From Acidobacteriota bacterium (lineage in GTDB: Bacteria > Acidobacteriota > UBA6911 > RPQK01 > JAJDTT01), in contig OZ242374.1 in the NCBI GenBank assembly GCA_965209055.1, positions 1,408,001 to 1,472,000 on the forward strand: DNA of 64,000 bases, written 5' to 3'. Within the stretch, counting starts at the first letter, position 1. Every line of letters begins with the position of its first letter. The position numbers and the translations under genes are program-made. Below, piece after piece: positions 51,833 to 63,356 of the stretch. A model generated the notes under the pieces. That model saw nothing but the letters and a program-made list of their open reading frames with translations, searched no databases and was not told the origin of the DNA.

Positions 51833-52036
51833 GTGGCATACGTTTTCATTCATGATGGTGAGCCCTTGGAAAGCGCGCTGAGGCGCTTCAAGCGAAAGGT
51901 GCAGCAGGAAGACATCATCAAGGATGTCAAACGCCATTCCTACTATTTGAAGCCGGGCGAGAAGAGACGCCTCAAGCAGGCCTTGGCCCGGAAGAGAGCC
52001 CGGAAGAAGTTCATGAAGCAGCAGCGCACCAGATAG
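51833..52036 (+). CDS. rpsU: 30S ribosomal protein S21
   Basis: GEPLESALRRFKRKV...KRHSYYLKPGEKRR; GTG start at 51833. Confidence 0.95.
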   Translation: MAYVFIHDGEPLESALRRFKRKVQQEDIIKDVKRHSYYLKPGEKRRLKQALARKRARKKFMKQQRTR

Positions 52037-52120
52037 TACGCGCGCCTCGTTTCCGGACCCCCTCACCTGCCCGTTACACACACCTGACCGGCTCTCACCG
52101 GCGGGCGTCCAGCTATTTTC

Positions 52121-52741
52121 TCAGGGATTGACGCAGCGGATCGCCTTCCAATGGCCCAGGAAGTCGATGGGCATTTCCGATTCGATTTCCAGCCCGCACT
52201 CGCGCATCAACTTTTTTCGATCCAGATCGGTCCGGAAGCCGATCCGGTAGCAGAGAGGGGAAATCAGTGCCTCAAGGGAGCCGAGGACAGGATTCTCGTT
52301 GCGGAAGTGGTTCAGAAAGACCAGGTATCCACCCTTCTTGCAGACTCTCTTCATTTCTTCGATCACCATCACGGGGTCCGGGACGACGGAGATGAAATAG
52401 GCGGCGAGGATTCGATCGAAGCTACCGGCCGGAAAATCGAGCCTGGTCGCGTCCATCTTGAGCAGCTCGACGTTCTCCAGCCTCAATTCCTTCGTCCGGC
52501 GATGTGCCTGCTCCAACATCTTCTCCGACAGGTCGACACCGGTGATCTGGATGTTTCGTGGGAGCATCGGGAGAGAGAGGCCGGTTCCCACGCCGACTTC
52601 CAGGAGACGAGAGCCCGGCGCCGGGTCCAGCAGAAGGGGAGCTATTTCGCGGCCACTGCGGAAGATGGGCCCGAACAGGAGATCGTAGAAACGGGAGTAC
52701 CAGTTGTAAACCTTCTCGATGTGTTCGACATCGGCATTCAC
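52121..52741 (-). CDS. Class I SAM methyltransferase, phospholipid N-methyltransferase (PmtA)-like
   Basis: YDLLFG, LEVGVGTG, GVDLS, SVVPDP and NHF. Confidence 0.75.
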   Translation of the reverse strand: MNADVEHIEKVYNWYSRFYDLLFGPIFRSGREIAPLLLDPAPGSRLLEVGVGTGLSLPMLPRNIQITGVDLSEKMLEQAHRRTKELRLENVELLKMDATRLDFPAGSFDRILAAYFISVVPDPVMVIEEMKRVCKKGGYLVFLNHFRNENPVLGSLEALISPLCYRIGFRTDLDRKKLMRECGLEIESEMPIDFLGHWKAIRCVNP

Positions 52742-52819
52742 AAAGCGGCCCCCCTTTTCCGCGCCATTGTAGCACTATCCCCGCCGGAGGGCGGTACCGG
52801 GCTGTGCTATGATCGTGCC

Positions 52820-53407
52820 GTGTCCCCAAGCCGGACAAGCCCATTGGACGTTCTTATTCAAGAGAGTGAGATCCGGCAGCGTGTCGCCGAAATGGCTCGC
52901 CGCATAGAGGCCGATTACCGGGACAGGGAACCGCATTTTGTGGGGGTCCTCAAGGGAGCGGCGATATTTCACGCCGACCTGGTCCGGGAATTGACCCTTC
53001 CCCTGACCATCGATTTCCTGTCGGTTTCCAGCTACGGCGCCGCCACGGAATCCGTGGGCCCGTTGACGCTGGACAAGGACCTGGAGGATGACATCAAGGG
53101 CAAGGACGTCGTCCTGGTTGAGGATATCGTCGACACGGGCCGGACCGCCTCCTTTTTGTTCCGCAGGCTGCCGAAGCGAAAACCGGCTTCCTTGAGGCTT
53201 TGCGCACTCTTGTCCAAGCCGAGCCGCCGGGAGTTTCCCGCCAGCCCCGACTACGTCGGCTTCGATGTTCCCGACCGGTTCGTTGTCGGCTATGGCCTGG
53301 ACTACAATCAGATGTATCGCAACCTGCCGTATATCGCGGCCCTCCGGCGTCCGAAAGAGGAGCCGTCCATCGCGCATTCGGAGCACACCGCCACAAGCGA
53401 ACCGTGA
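52820..53407 (+). CDS. hpt: Hypoxanthine phosphoribosyltransferase
   Basis: GVLKGA, SSYG, VEDIVDTG, FVVGYGLDY and YRNLPYI; GTG start at 52820. Confidence 0.94.
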   Translation: MSPSRTSPLDVLIQESEIRQRVAEMARRIEADYRDREPHFVGVLKGAAIFHADLVRELTLPLTIDFLSVSSYGAATESVGPLTLDKDLEDDIKGKDVVLVEDIVDTGRTASFLFRRLPKRKPASLRLCALLSKPSRREFPASPDYVGFDVPDRFVVGYGLDYNQMYRNLPYIAALRRPKEEPSIAHSEHTATSEP

Positions 53408-53453
53408 GACCGTCCAGGCTCGGAGCAGGGCCTGCGAGTGAGGAGAACCTGAG

Positions 53454-55412
<1,959 letters not shown>

Positions 55413-55426
55413 CGCGGGAGAGCTAT

Positions 55427-55867
55427 TCAGGAAGCCGCGGTTTCTGCCTTGGCGCAATGCCGGCCGAAGGCTTCCCGCAGGTCCCGGGAGATTTCGTAGG
55501 CTTCCCGGCTCTCGATCAGGTGGCGCTCCATCATGTAGACCAGCTTGCCGCCGCTCAGCAGCGCGATGCTGGGAGAAGATGGCGGATAGGGGAAAAAGTA
55601 TTCCCTGGCCCGGGCCGTCGCCTCGAGGTCCTGGCCGGCGAATACGGTGGTCAGGCGATCCGGTTTGGGATCGGAGCTGAGCGCATCCGCGATGGCCGGA
55701 CGGGCTCGCGCCGCGGCGCAGCCGCAGATGGAGTTGACGACCACCAGAACGGTGCCCTTCTCTCCGGTAATCGCCTGGTCCACGTCTTCCGCAGTGCGCA
55801 GCTCATCGACGCCGATGCGGGTCAGTTCCTGCCTCATCGGGGTCACCCACTGTTCAGGATATGGCAT
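55427..55867 (-). CDS. BrxA/BrxB-family bacilliredoxin
   Basis: MPYPE...PMRQEL, NSICGCAA..ARP, TVFAGQD.EAT and PPSSPSIAL; GGAGG RBS. Confidence 0.92.
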   Translation of the reverse strand: MPYPEQWVTPMRQELTRIGVDELRTAEDVDQAITGEKGTVLVVVNSICGCAAARARPAIADALSSDPKPDRLTTVFAGQDLEATARAREYFFPYPPSSPSIALLSGGKLVYMMERHLIESREAYEISRDLREAFGRHCAKAETAAS

Positions 55868-55954
55868 GAAGTCCTCCTCCTTCGATTTTGCCGATTTTGC
55901 GCGTCAAGCGCGCCCACCATTCTAATTCGGAAGCGGGACCCAATTCCAGGTGAA

Positions 55955-56092
55955 CAGCCCGTGGCAAAAGTCGTCACGGCATTCGACCGTCCCTGCACAG
56001 GCGCGGACGGCGTTGCTATGTGCGCCGAATCGCGCCTTGTCCGGCGGGCTCAGGAACGGTCTCGGCGCTCGCGGGACTCTCACCACGGACTG
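55955..56092. mobile_element. 138-bp MITE-like non-autonomous element
   Basis: Terminal inverted repeats CAGCCCGTGGCAAAAGTC and GACTCTCACCACGGACTG (14/18 match), flanked by TGAA and TTAA. A second partial copy lies at 20106-20167. Confidence 0.7.
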
Positions 56093-57259
56093 TTAATCGA
56101 ACGCCGGGATTCCGGTGATGGACTGGCCCAGGATCAGGGTGTGAATGTCGTGCGTTCCCTCGTAGGTCGAAACCGTTTCCAGGTTCGACATGTGGCGAAA
56201 GACCGGATACTCGGACAAGATGCCGTTGGCGCCCAACAGATCCCGGGCCAGACGCGCGATCCGGAGGGCGACGGCGACGTTGTTGCGCTTCGCCAGCGAA
56301 ATCTGTTCGTGCCGGCACTTGCCTTGATCCATGAGTTGTCCCAGCCGGTACGTGAGAAGCTGGCCCTTGGTGATCTCGGTCAACATGTAGACCAGTTTCC
56401 GCTGGACCAGCTGGTGGCTCGCAATGGGGCGGCCGCCGAACTGGCATCTTTCCAGCGTCCAGCGCCGGGCGGTCTCGTAGCAGGCCATGGCCGCCCCCAG
56501 AGCCCCCCACGCGATGCCGTACCGGGCCTTGTTCAAGCACATGAGGGCGCTCTTCAGGCCGGTCGTGCCGGCCAGGAGACGATCTTCGGGGATCCGGCAG
56601 TCGTCCAGGACCAGCTCGGAGGTGACCGAGGCCCGCAGCGAATGCTTGTGGCGGTAGTCCCTGGTGGTGAATCCGCCGTCGGAGCGTTCCACCAGAAAGC
56701 CGCGGATACCCTCTCCTTCGAGGCGCGCCCAGATGATGGCGACGTCGGCGATGCTACCGTTGGTGATCCACGCCTTGTTTCCGTTCAGCACGAAGCCGCC
56801 GCCGGCCCTCCTTGCCCGCGTCCGCATCCCGGCCGGATTCGATCCGAAGTCCGGTTCGGTGAGGCCGAAGCAGCCGATGGACCTCCCGGCCTGGAGCCGG
56901 GGGAGCCAGTAGGCTCGTTGCTCGTCGCTGCCGAAACGGTGAATGGGATACATGACCAGGGCGTTCTGGACCGAGACGAAGCTGCGCAGCCCGCTGTCGC
57001 CCCGCTCCAGCTCCTGCATGATGAGGCCGTAGCCCACCGGTTTCAGGCCGGCGCAGTTGTAACCGGTCAAGCTGGCTCCGAGGTAGCCGAGGCGAGCCAT
57101 GGACCCCACCAGATGCAGGGGGAACGTGCCGGCCTGGAAATGGTCTTCGATGATGGGCAGGACCCGTTCTTCGACGAACGAACGAACGCTGTCTCGAATC
57201 AGCCTTTCCTCCTGCGTCAGCAGGTCGTCAAGACGCATGAAATCCAGGTTTTCCGCCAC
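56093..57259 (-). CDS. Acyl-CoA dehydrogenase, glutaryl-CoA dehydrogenase-like
   Basis: ELERGDSG.RS, GCFGLTEPDFGSNP and TYEGTHDIHTLILG; GTG start at 57259. Confidence 0.88.
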   Translation of the reverse strand: MAENLDFMRLDDLLTQEERLIRDSVRSFVEERVLPIIEDHFQAGTFPLHLVGSMARLGYLGASLTGYNCAGLKPVGYGLIMQELERGDSGLRSFVSVQNALVMYPIHRFGSDEQRAYWLPRLQAGRSIGCFGLTEPDFGSNPAGMRTRARRAGGGFVLNGNKAWITNGSIADVAIIWARLEGEGIRGFLVERSDGGFTTRDYRHKHSLRASVTSELVLDDCRIPEDRLLAGTTGLKSALMCLNKARYGIAWGALGAAMACYETARRWTLERCQFGGRPIASHQLVQRKLVYMLTEITKGQLLTYRLGQLMDQGKCRHEQISLAKRNNVAVALRIARLARDLLGANGILSEYPVFRHMSNLETVSTYEGTHDIHTLILGQSITGIPAFD

Positions 57260-57403
57260 GGCAACGAATATAGCAGCCCCCGGCCGCTGCCGCCCCGCAA
57301 GCCCGGCCGCCGCCGGGGTGGGTGCGCGTCCTGCGCAAGAGACAGCCTGGAGACTTCCGGAGCACTCCCGATTTCCCTCTCTCCCGTGTGCTATAAGAGG
57401 TTC

Positions 57404-58450
57404 GTGATCATTGGGCTCACGGGTCGCAACGGCTCCGGTAAGGGCGTCGTGGCCGACTACCTGCAGAGCAAGGGCTTCGGATTCTGGTCCCTCTCGGACG
57501 TCATCCGCGACGAAGTCGTCCGGCGAGGAGACGAAGTGACGCGGACGCGTCTCATCCATGCCGGGAGGGATCTTAGGGCCAAGTACGGCAGCGACCACCT
57601 GGCGCAGGAGATCCTGGCGAAGTTGGAAGCGGACCGGAACTATGTCGTGGACTCCTTCCGTCACCCGGCGGAGGTCCGGGCGTTTTCACGGCAGCCCGAT
57701 TTCTACCTCGTGGCGGTCGAGGCGGAGGCTGAAGTTCGGCATCAGCGCGTCTGCGCCCGGGGCCGCGAAAGCGATCCCGTCTCGTTCGGGCGGTTTCTCG
57801 AGTTGGAACGGCAGGAGCTGTCCAGTCGGGACACGCAGGGCCAACAGCTCCTGGCCACTGGCCGGTTGGCCAACGTCAGCTTCGCCAACAACGGCACCAA
57901 GCAGGACCTCCGGAGCAAGGTCGCCGAGTGGTTGAAGCGAACGGCTCCCAAGATGACCCGGCCCGGCTGGGACCCCTATTTTATGAAACTGGCTCAAGTG
58001 GTCGCGCTCAGGAGCAACTGCATCAAGCGCAAGGTGGGCGCCATCATCGTGCGCGACCTCCGGGTCATATCGACGGGCTACAACGGCACTCCCCGCGGCA
58101 CTCGAAACTGTTTCGAGGGGGGATGCCCCCGTTGTGCCGGGCTGGCGGACAGCGGCACTCAACTGGATGACTGCCTCTGTTCCCATGCCGAGGAGAATGC
58201 CATCACCCAGGCGGCTTACCATGGGGTCAGCGTGAACGGGGGCGTTCTTTATACGACGTACTCGCCCTGCCTGACCTGCAGCAAGATGATCATCAACTCG
58301 GGGGTCGTCGAGGTGGTCTACAACCTGGAATATCCCCTTTCCGGCAGATCGTTTCGGCTCCTCCGGGAGGCGTCGGTCGTGTGCCGCCGGTTGACCGTGG
58401 GAGAATCTGCGGCGCTACCGGCGGTCTCCGAGATGCGACCTGCGAAGTGA
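57404..58450 (+). CDS. P-loop kinase-like domain fused to dCMP deaminase (348 aa)
   Basis: 3' part of the 54998..58450 ORF, from GTG 57404: IIGLTGRNGSGKG Walker A, then RPGWDPYFM, RSNCIKRKVG, GYNG, HAEENA and PCLTC. Confidence 0.9.
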   Translation: MIIGLTGRNGSGKGVVADYLQSKGFGFWSLSDVIRDEVVRRGDEVTRTRLIHAGRDLRAKYGSDHLAQEILAKLEADRNYVVDSFRHPAEVRAFSRQPDFYLVAVEAEAEVRHQRVCARGRESDPVSFGRFLELERQELSSRDTQGQQLLATGRLANVSFANNGTKQDLRSKVAEWLKRTAPKMTRPGWDPYFMKLAQVVALRSNCIKRKVGAIIVRDLRVISTGYNGTPRGTRNCFEGGCPRCAGLADSGTQLDDCLCSHAEENAITQAAYHGVSVNGGVLYTTYSPCLTCSKMIINSGVVEVVYNLEYPLSGRSFRLLREASVVCRRLTVGESAALPAVSEMRPAK

Positions 58451-59788
58451 GCGCTCGGCCTCCCTCAACCGTAGGCTGTGCCGGACCGGATACGCCTCGC
58501 CCTCCGGCCGCCACAGGCGTTCCGGCAAGCCATCCAACTGGGTCCGCGCGTCGTCCCTCACCTGGCGGACGGTGGGAAGTTCGACATTGGTTTCGCCGCC
58601 CTCCACGTATTTGACAAGCAACGACGAATATCCGTCTGGTGCGGCTTCTCCTTCCGCCGCCAGGAGGTCCCCAACGAATTCCCTGCCCTCGCGGCGGCGA
58701 TAGAGTTCCTTTCGGAGAGGGAATGACGCCTTTTCCCCGCTGATCTTCATTCGAGGCAGGACCCGGCCCTCGTGGAGCCGCTCCACCAGTTTGTAGACCA
58801 GATCGCAGGTCGGGGCTTCCGGGCAGACCACCAGGTCGGTTCCCACGCCGTAGCCGTCGATGGGCGCCTCCGCTTCCGTCAGCGCCGTCACCCTCTCCGG
58901 ATTCAGATCCCCGCTGACCAGGACCCGTGTCTCATGATGTCCGCTCTGGTCCAGGAGCTTGCGGGCCGCCCTCGCTGTTCGGTCCAAATCGCCGCTGTCC
59001 ACCCGCACTCCCTGCGCCGGCGAGGCGAGGCTGAGCGCGTTCCTGACGCCGCGGAGCGTGTCATAAGTGTCCACGAGCAGAATCGAGTGCCGGGGAAAAG
59101 ACCGCTGGAAGGTCTCGAAGGCGCGTTTCTCGTCGTCGAAGAATTGAATGAAGGAGTGGGCCATGGTGCCGTAGAGGGGAATGCCGAGTCGATACCCGGC
59201 CAGAACGTTGCTGGTGCCGTCGCAGCCGCCGATGAACGATGCGCGGGCCGCAAGGAGGCCGGCCTGGGGCCCCTGTGCGCGGCGGCTGCCGAAGTCGATC
59301 ACCGGGCGGCCCCGGGCGGCGCGGCAGAGCAGGCTCGCCTTGGTGGCCACCGTCGTCTGGTAGCTGATCGACGCGATCAGGTAGGTCTCCAGAAGTTGCG
59401 CCTCCATGACGGGGGCCCGGACCTGGAGAACCGGTTCGTGGGGGAAGAACGGAGTCCCCTCGGGCAAGGCCCAGAGATCCCCGCTGAACCGGAAATCACT
59501 GAGGTAGTCGAAGAACCCCGGGGAGACCCCGCGGAAGACCTCCAGGGTCCGCAGCCAGGCCAGGACGTCTTCCGGAAAGCGCAGGTTCAGAACCTGGTGC
59601 AGCGCCTGCTCCAATCCCGCGGCAACCAGAAAACTCCTCCGTGCCGGCAGTCGCCGGGCAAAGAGTTCGAAGGTGGCGCGCTCCTCGGCGAACCCGGCCT
59701 CGAAGTAGGCGGCGAGCATGGTCAATTCGTAAAGGTCGGTGTGGATGCCCAGGGTTTCCTGGGAGGGAAACAAGGGCCGCAATTTCAT
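58415..59788 (-). CDS. pncB: Nicotinate phosphoribosyltransferase
   Basis: TDLYELTM, DFGSRR, GTMAHS, LVDTYD, RVDSGD and VYKLV. Confidence 0.94.
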   Translation of the reverse strand: MKLRPLFPSQETLGIHTDLYELTMLAAYFEAGFAEERATFELFARRLPARRSFLVAAGLEQALHQVLNLRFPEDVLAWLRTLEVFRGVSPGFFDYLSDFRFSGDLWALPEGTPFFPHEPVLQVRAPVMEAQLLETYLIASISYQTTVATKASLLCRAARGRPVIDFGSRRAQGPQAGLLAARASFIGGCDGTSNVLAGYRLGIPLYGTMAHSFIQFFDDEKRAFETFQRSFPRHSILLVDTYDTLRGVRNALSLASPAQGVRVDSGDLDRTARAARKLLDQSGHHETRVLVSGDLNPERVTALTEAEAPIDGYGVGTDLVVCPEAPTCDLVYKLVERLHEGRVLPRMKISGEKASFPLRKELYRRREGREFVGDLLAAEGEAAPDGYSSLLVKYVEGGETNVELPTVRQVRDDARTQLDGLPERLWRPEGEAYPVRHSLRLREAERSLRRSHLGDRR

Positions 59789-61083
59789 GCTTCGGGAAAC
59801 ACGCGGGCGAAGACCGTGTCGACGTGCTCAAGTGTCTTCCGAAGATCGAAGGCGGCTTCGATCTGGGCCGGCGAGAGGTGGGAGCGAATGTCGGAATCGG
59901 CGAGGATCAGCGTCTTGAAGTCGGCCTTTTCGTTCCAGACCCGGAGGGCGTTGCGCTGGACCCATTCGTAGGCCTGGCTGCGGAGGACGCCCGCCATGAC
60001 CAGCTTCAGCAACAGGGTGCCCGAGTACATCAGGCCTCCGGTCAACTCCAGGTTGGCCAGCATCCTCTCCCGGTTCACCACCAGGTTGTCCACCACCCGG
60101 CCCAGGCGCAACGTGAGGTAGTGGGCCAGCGTCGTGCTGTCGGGCAGGATGACCCGTTCCACCGACGAGTGAGAGATGTCCCGCTCGTGCCAGAGGGGGA
60201 TGTTCTCCAGCGCCGCCAGCGCGTTGGCGCGAAGCACCCGGGAAAGTCCGCTCACGTTCTCGGAGCTGATGGGGTTTTTCTTGTGGGGCATGGCGGAGCT
60301 GCCGGTCTGGCCGGTTCGAAAGGCCTCGCTGGCTTCGCCCACTTCGGTGCGCTGCAGATGGCGAATTTCGGTGGCGATCTTGTCGTAGGTCGAACCCAGG
60401 ATGGCCAGGGTGCACAGGTACTCGGCGTGGCGGTCCCGTTGCAGGGTCTGCGTGGAGGCGGCCGCATAGCCGATACCGAGTGCGGCGCAGACCTTCTCCT
60501 CGACCTCGGGGGGCAGGTGGGAAAAGGTGCCCACCGGGCCGCTGATCTTGCCGACTTCCAAGGTCTTGCGGGCCTTCCGGAAGCGTTCCAGGTTGCGCTC
60601 CATTTCCGAATACCAGACGGTCACTTTGAGGCCGAACGTGGTGGGCTCGGCATGGATCCCGTGGGTCCGCCCCATCATCGGCGTGTCCTTGTGGCGGCGG
60701 GCCTTGCGGCGCAGCACCTCCAGAAAGTTCACGAGGGCGGATTCGATCAGCTCGGAGGCTTCCTTGACCTGGAGCGCCTGCGCCGTGTCCACCACGTCGG
60801 TGGAGGTCAAACCCATGTGAATGAACCGGGAGGAGGGTCCGACCACTTCCGACACGGCCCGGATGAAGGCCACGACATCGTGACGCGTGACGGCCTCGAT
60901 CTCGTGGATCCGCTCGACGGAAAACCCTGCCTTTTCGCGGATTTCCGACATGGCCGCCGGGGGGATGCGCCCGGCATCGCTCAGCACCTGGCAGACCGCA
61001 ACCTCCACCTCGAGCCACTTCCGGAACTTGTTTTCTTCAGACCAGATCCGGACCATTTCGGGCCGGCTGTACCGGGGAATCAT
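59785..61083 (-). CDS. purB: Adenylosuccinate lyase
   Basis: MIPRYSRPEM, HMGLTS, GRTHGIHAEP and SSAMPHKKNP; start at ATG 61083. Confidence 0.96.
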   Translation of the reverse strand: MIPRYSRPEMVRIWSEENKFRKWLEVEVAVCQVLSDAGRIPPAAMSEIREKAGFSVERIHEIEAVTRHDVVAFIRAVSEVVGPSSRFIHMGLTSTDVVDTAQALQVKEASELIESALVNFLEVLRRKARRHKDTPMMGRTHGIHAEPTTFGLKVTVWYSEMERNLERFRKARKTLEVGKISGPVGTFSHLPPEVEEKVCAALGIGYAAASTQTLQRDRHAEYLCTLAILGSTYDKIATEIRHLQRTEVGEASEAFRTGQTGSSAMPHKKNPISSENVSGLSRVLRANALAALENIPLWHERDISHSSVERVILPDSTTLAHYLTLRLGRVVDNLVVNRERMLANLELTGGLMYSGTLLLKLVMAGVLRSQAYEWVQRNALRVWNEKADFKTLILADSDIRSHLSPAQIEAAFDLRKTLEHVDTVFARVFPEA

Positions 61084-61859
61084 AGGCTCAAGACTATGGA
61101 GGGTCGGTTTTGGTGAGTCAAGTGAACCCGGGGGCCCGATTCGCCGCTTCCGGAGGCGCCGGAAAGAGCCGCCGAGACCTGTTCCAGGGCCAGCTGGGGA
61201 TGGTTGTTGGTGCGGCTCATATGGGCCAGGAAGATGTGTTTGGTCCTGTCGCCCAGGTGCGTCTTGAGGCACCGGCCCAGCGCATGGTTGGAAAGATGGC
61301 CCTTCGGCCCCATCAGCCGTTGCTTGAGGAGCCAGGGGTAGGGGCCCGCCAGCACCATCTCCTCGTCGTGGTTGGATTCCAGGATCAACCAGTCGCAGTC
61401 GGCCAGAGGTTCCGTGATTTCCGGGGTGGGTTCACCCAGATCGGTGGCAAGAAGGCCTTGAATCCCATCGGCGGCAAACCGGAAGCCGACCGGTTGGGCC
61501 GCGTCGTGGGACACCGGGAGGGCTTCGACCTCCAGGTCGCCGATCTGAAACGGAACTCCCACCGGGACGATCATCGTCCGGTCCACTTCCTGGAGTGCGG
61601 GGCTTTCCCTCAAGGTCCCCCCGGTCATGAATGCAGGGACTTCCAGATCCCGGACCAGGGCCGGGACGCCGCTGACGTGATCGGTGTGTTCGTGCGTCAG
61701 AAGGAGAGCGTCCAGCCCATCCAGCGACAGTCCCGCCTGCTGGAGGCGCCGGCCGAGGCTCCGCCGGCCGAAGCCGAGATCGACCAGAATCCGGGCCTTC
61801 GCCGTCGCGATGTACGTGCAGTTTCCACCGCTGCCACTTCCCAGAACGCAGATTTTCAT
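61080..61859 (-). CDS. MBL-fold metallo-hydrolase (YycJ/WalJ-like)
   Basis: SGSGGNC, THEHTDH, SHDA, ESNHD, GHLSN and HMSRTNN. Confidence 0.9.
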   Translation of the reverse strand: MKICVLGSGSGGNCTYIATAKARILVDLGFGRRSLGRRLQQAGLSLDGLDALLLTHEHTDHVSGVPALVRDLEVPAFMTGGTLRESPALQEVDRTMIVPVGVPFQIGDLEVEALPVSHDAAQPVGFRFAADGIQGLLATDLGEPTPEITEPLADCDWLILESNHDEEMVLAGPYPWLLKQRLMGPKGHLSNHALGRCLKTHLGDRTKHIFLAHMSRTNNHPQLALEQVSAALSGASGSGESGPRVHLTHQNRPSIVLSL

Positions 61860-62003
61860 GCTGGAGTCCGGACGCTTCGCAGCTATGGCCGTGCGAAACG
61901 CCGATCGGGTGCCGTGATGGCGTTTTGTGCCGCCTGTTAGAATCTACCAGCCTGGTGTGAAAGGGACGGCTGGTCCCCGGGTCAGGAGACAAGGCGAAAT
62001 CAG

Positions 62004-63356
62004 ATGACTCCCAGTTTCCACATTTTCAGCTTCGGCTGCCGCACCAACCAGTCCGACAGCGCCGCCATCCGGCAGGACTTCCTGGGCCGCGGCTACCGCG
62101 AGGCATGGGACTGGCGGAAGGCGGGCATCATAGTCGTCAACTCCTGTACCGTCACGCATCGAGCCGATCAGCAGGTGCGGCAGTTGGTTCGCCGGTTTCA
62201 CCGCGAAAACGGGGCCGCCCGGATCGTCGTGACCGGTTGCTACGCTCAGCGGGAGCCGGAGAGCCTGTCCCGAATACCGGGCGTCGAAGCCGTCGTCGGA
62301 AACACTCACAAGAGTGACCTTGTGGGAATCGTGGACAGGCCTGCGGAATCCGCCCTGACCTCGGACGAGCTGGCGGACGTGTACCGGCAGGAATTCGTCA
62401 AGGTCCGCACCATGGAGGGCGCTGCCGGCGGCTCCCCGGGGCTGCGAGTCCGGCCCTTCGTCAAGGTCCAGGACGGCTGTGACGCCAAGTGCACGTACTG
62501 CATCATCCCGCTGGTTCGCGGACCGGGTCGGAGCCTGCCGCCGGAGCAGGTTCTGGCCCAGGTGCGCGAGTTGGCGCGAAAGGGGTTCCAGGAGGTGGTT
62601 CTGACCGGGATCCACATTGGAACCTACGGGATGCATTTGAAACCGCGCTATCCGCTGGACCGCCTGCTGGCGGACGTGGCCGGGACGCCCGGGCTGGTCC
62701 GGGTGCGGCTGAGCTCCATCGAGCCCATGGAGCTGTCGCGGCGGGTCATCGAGTTGGCGGCCGGGAACGACAAGATCTGCCCTCATTTCCACATCTGCCT
62801 TCAGAGCGGAAGCAACCGGATCCTGAGGAGGATGTGGCGCCCGTACGACACGTCCAGGTTCGGTGAGATCGTGCAGGAGATCCGGACCCGGTTGCCCCAG
62901 GCATCCATCGGAACGGACCTGGTGGTCGGGTTTCCGGGGGAGCGCGCGCGGGACCACCTGGAAACCGTCCGATTCGTCCAGGCCATGCCTTTCACCTATT
63001 TCCACGTGTTCCCCTACAGCGACCGGCCCGGGACCCGCGCTTCGGCCATGCGGTCCAAGGTCGACCCGCGGCTCCAGCGCCGCCGGTGTTGGGAGTTGAG
63101 GCAGATTTCGGCGGCGAAGAACCGCGCCTTCCGGCGGCGGTTCATCGGCAGGAAGCTTTCGGTCCTGACCCTGGGAGAGTCTGCCGCCGGGAGGTGGGAG
63201 GGGATCTCCGCGAACTACATCAAGGTTCGTTTTCCGGGCCCCGTGGCGCCCAACAGAGTGGTCCGGGTTGAGGCCGCAGGGGAGACTGAAGATGGGCTGG
63301 CGGCGAATCCCGGCTCAGCGCCTCAACCGTCGATGACGACGCAGGCCACTGCGTAG
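62004..63356 (+). CDS. mtaB: tRNA t6A methylthiotransferase MtaB
   Basis: GCRTNQ, NSCTVT, TGCYAQ, KVQDGCDAKCTYC, LSSIEP and FPYS.RPGT. Confidence 0.93.
   Translation: MTPSFHIFSFGCRTNQSDSAAIRQDFLGRGYREAWDWRKAGIIVVNSCTVTHRADQQVRQLVRRFHRENGAARIVVTGCYAQREPESLSRIPGVEAVVGNTHKSDLVGIVDRPAESALTSDELADVYRQEFVKVRTMEGAAGGSPGLRVRPFVKVQDGCDAKCTYCIIPLVRGPGRSLPPEQVLAQVRELARKGFQEVVLTGIHIGTYGMHLKPRYPLDRLLADVAGTPGLVRVRLSSIEPMELSRRVIELAAGNDKICPHFHICLQSGSNRILRRMWRPYDTSRFGEIVQEIRTRLPQASIGTDLVVGFPGERARDHLETVRFVQAMPFTYFHVFPYSDRPGTRASAMRSKVDPRLQRRRCWELRQISAAKNRAFRRRFIGRKLSVLTLGESAAGRWEGISANYIKVRFPGPVAPNRVVRVEAAGETEDGLAANPGSAPQPSMTTQATA

Noticed and set aside
55883-55900. Tandem CGATTTTGC repeat upstream of the bacilliredoxin gene
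   Set aside because: Two 9-bp copies only, with no further support for a regulatory role.
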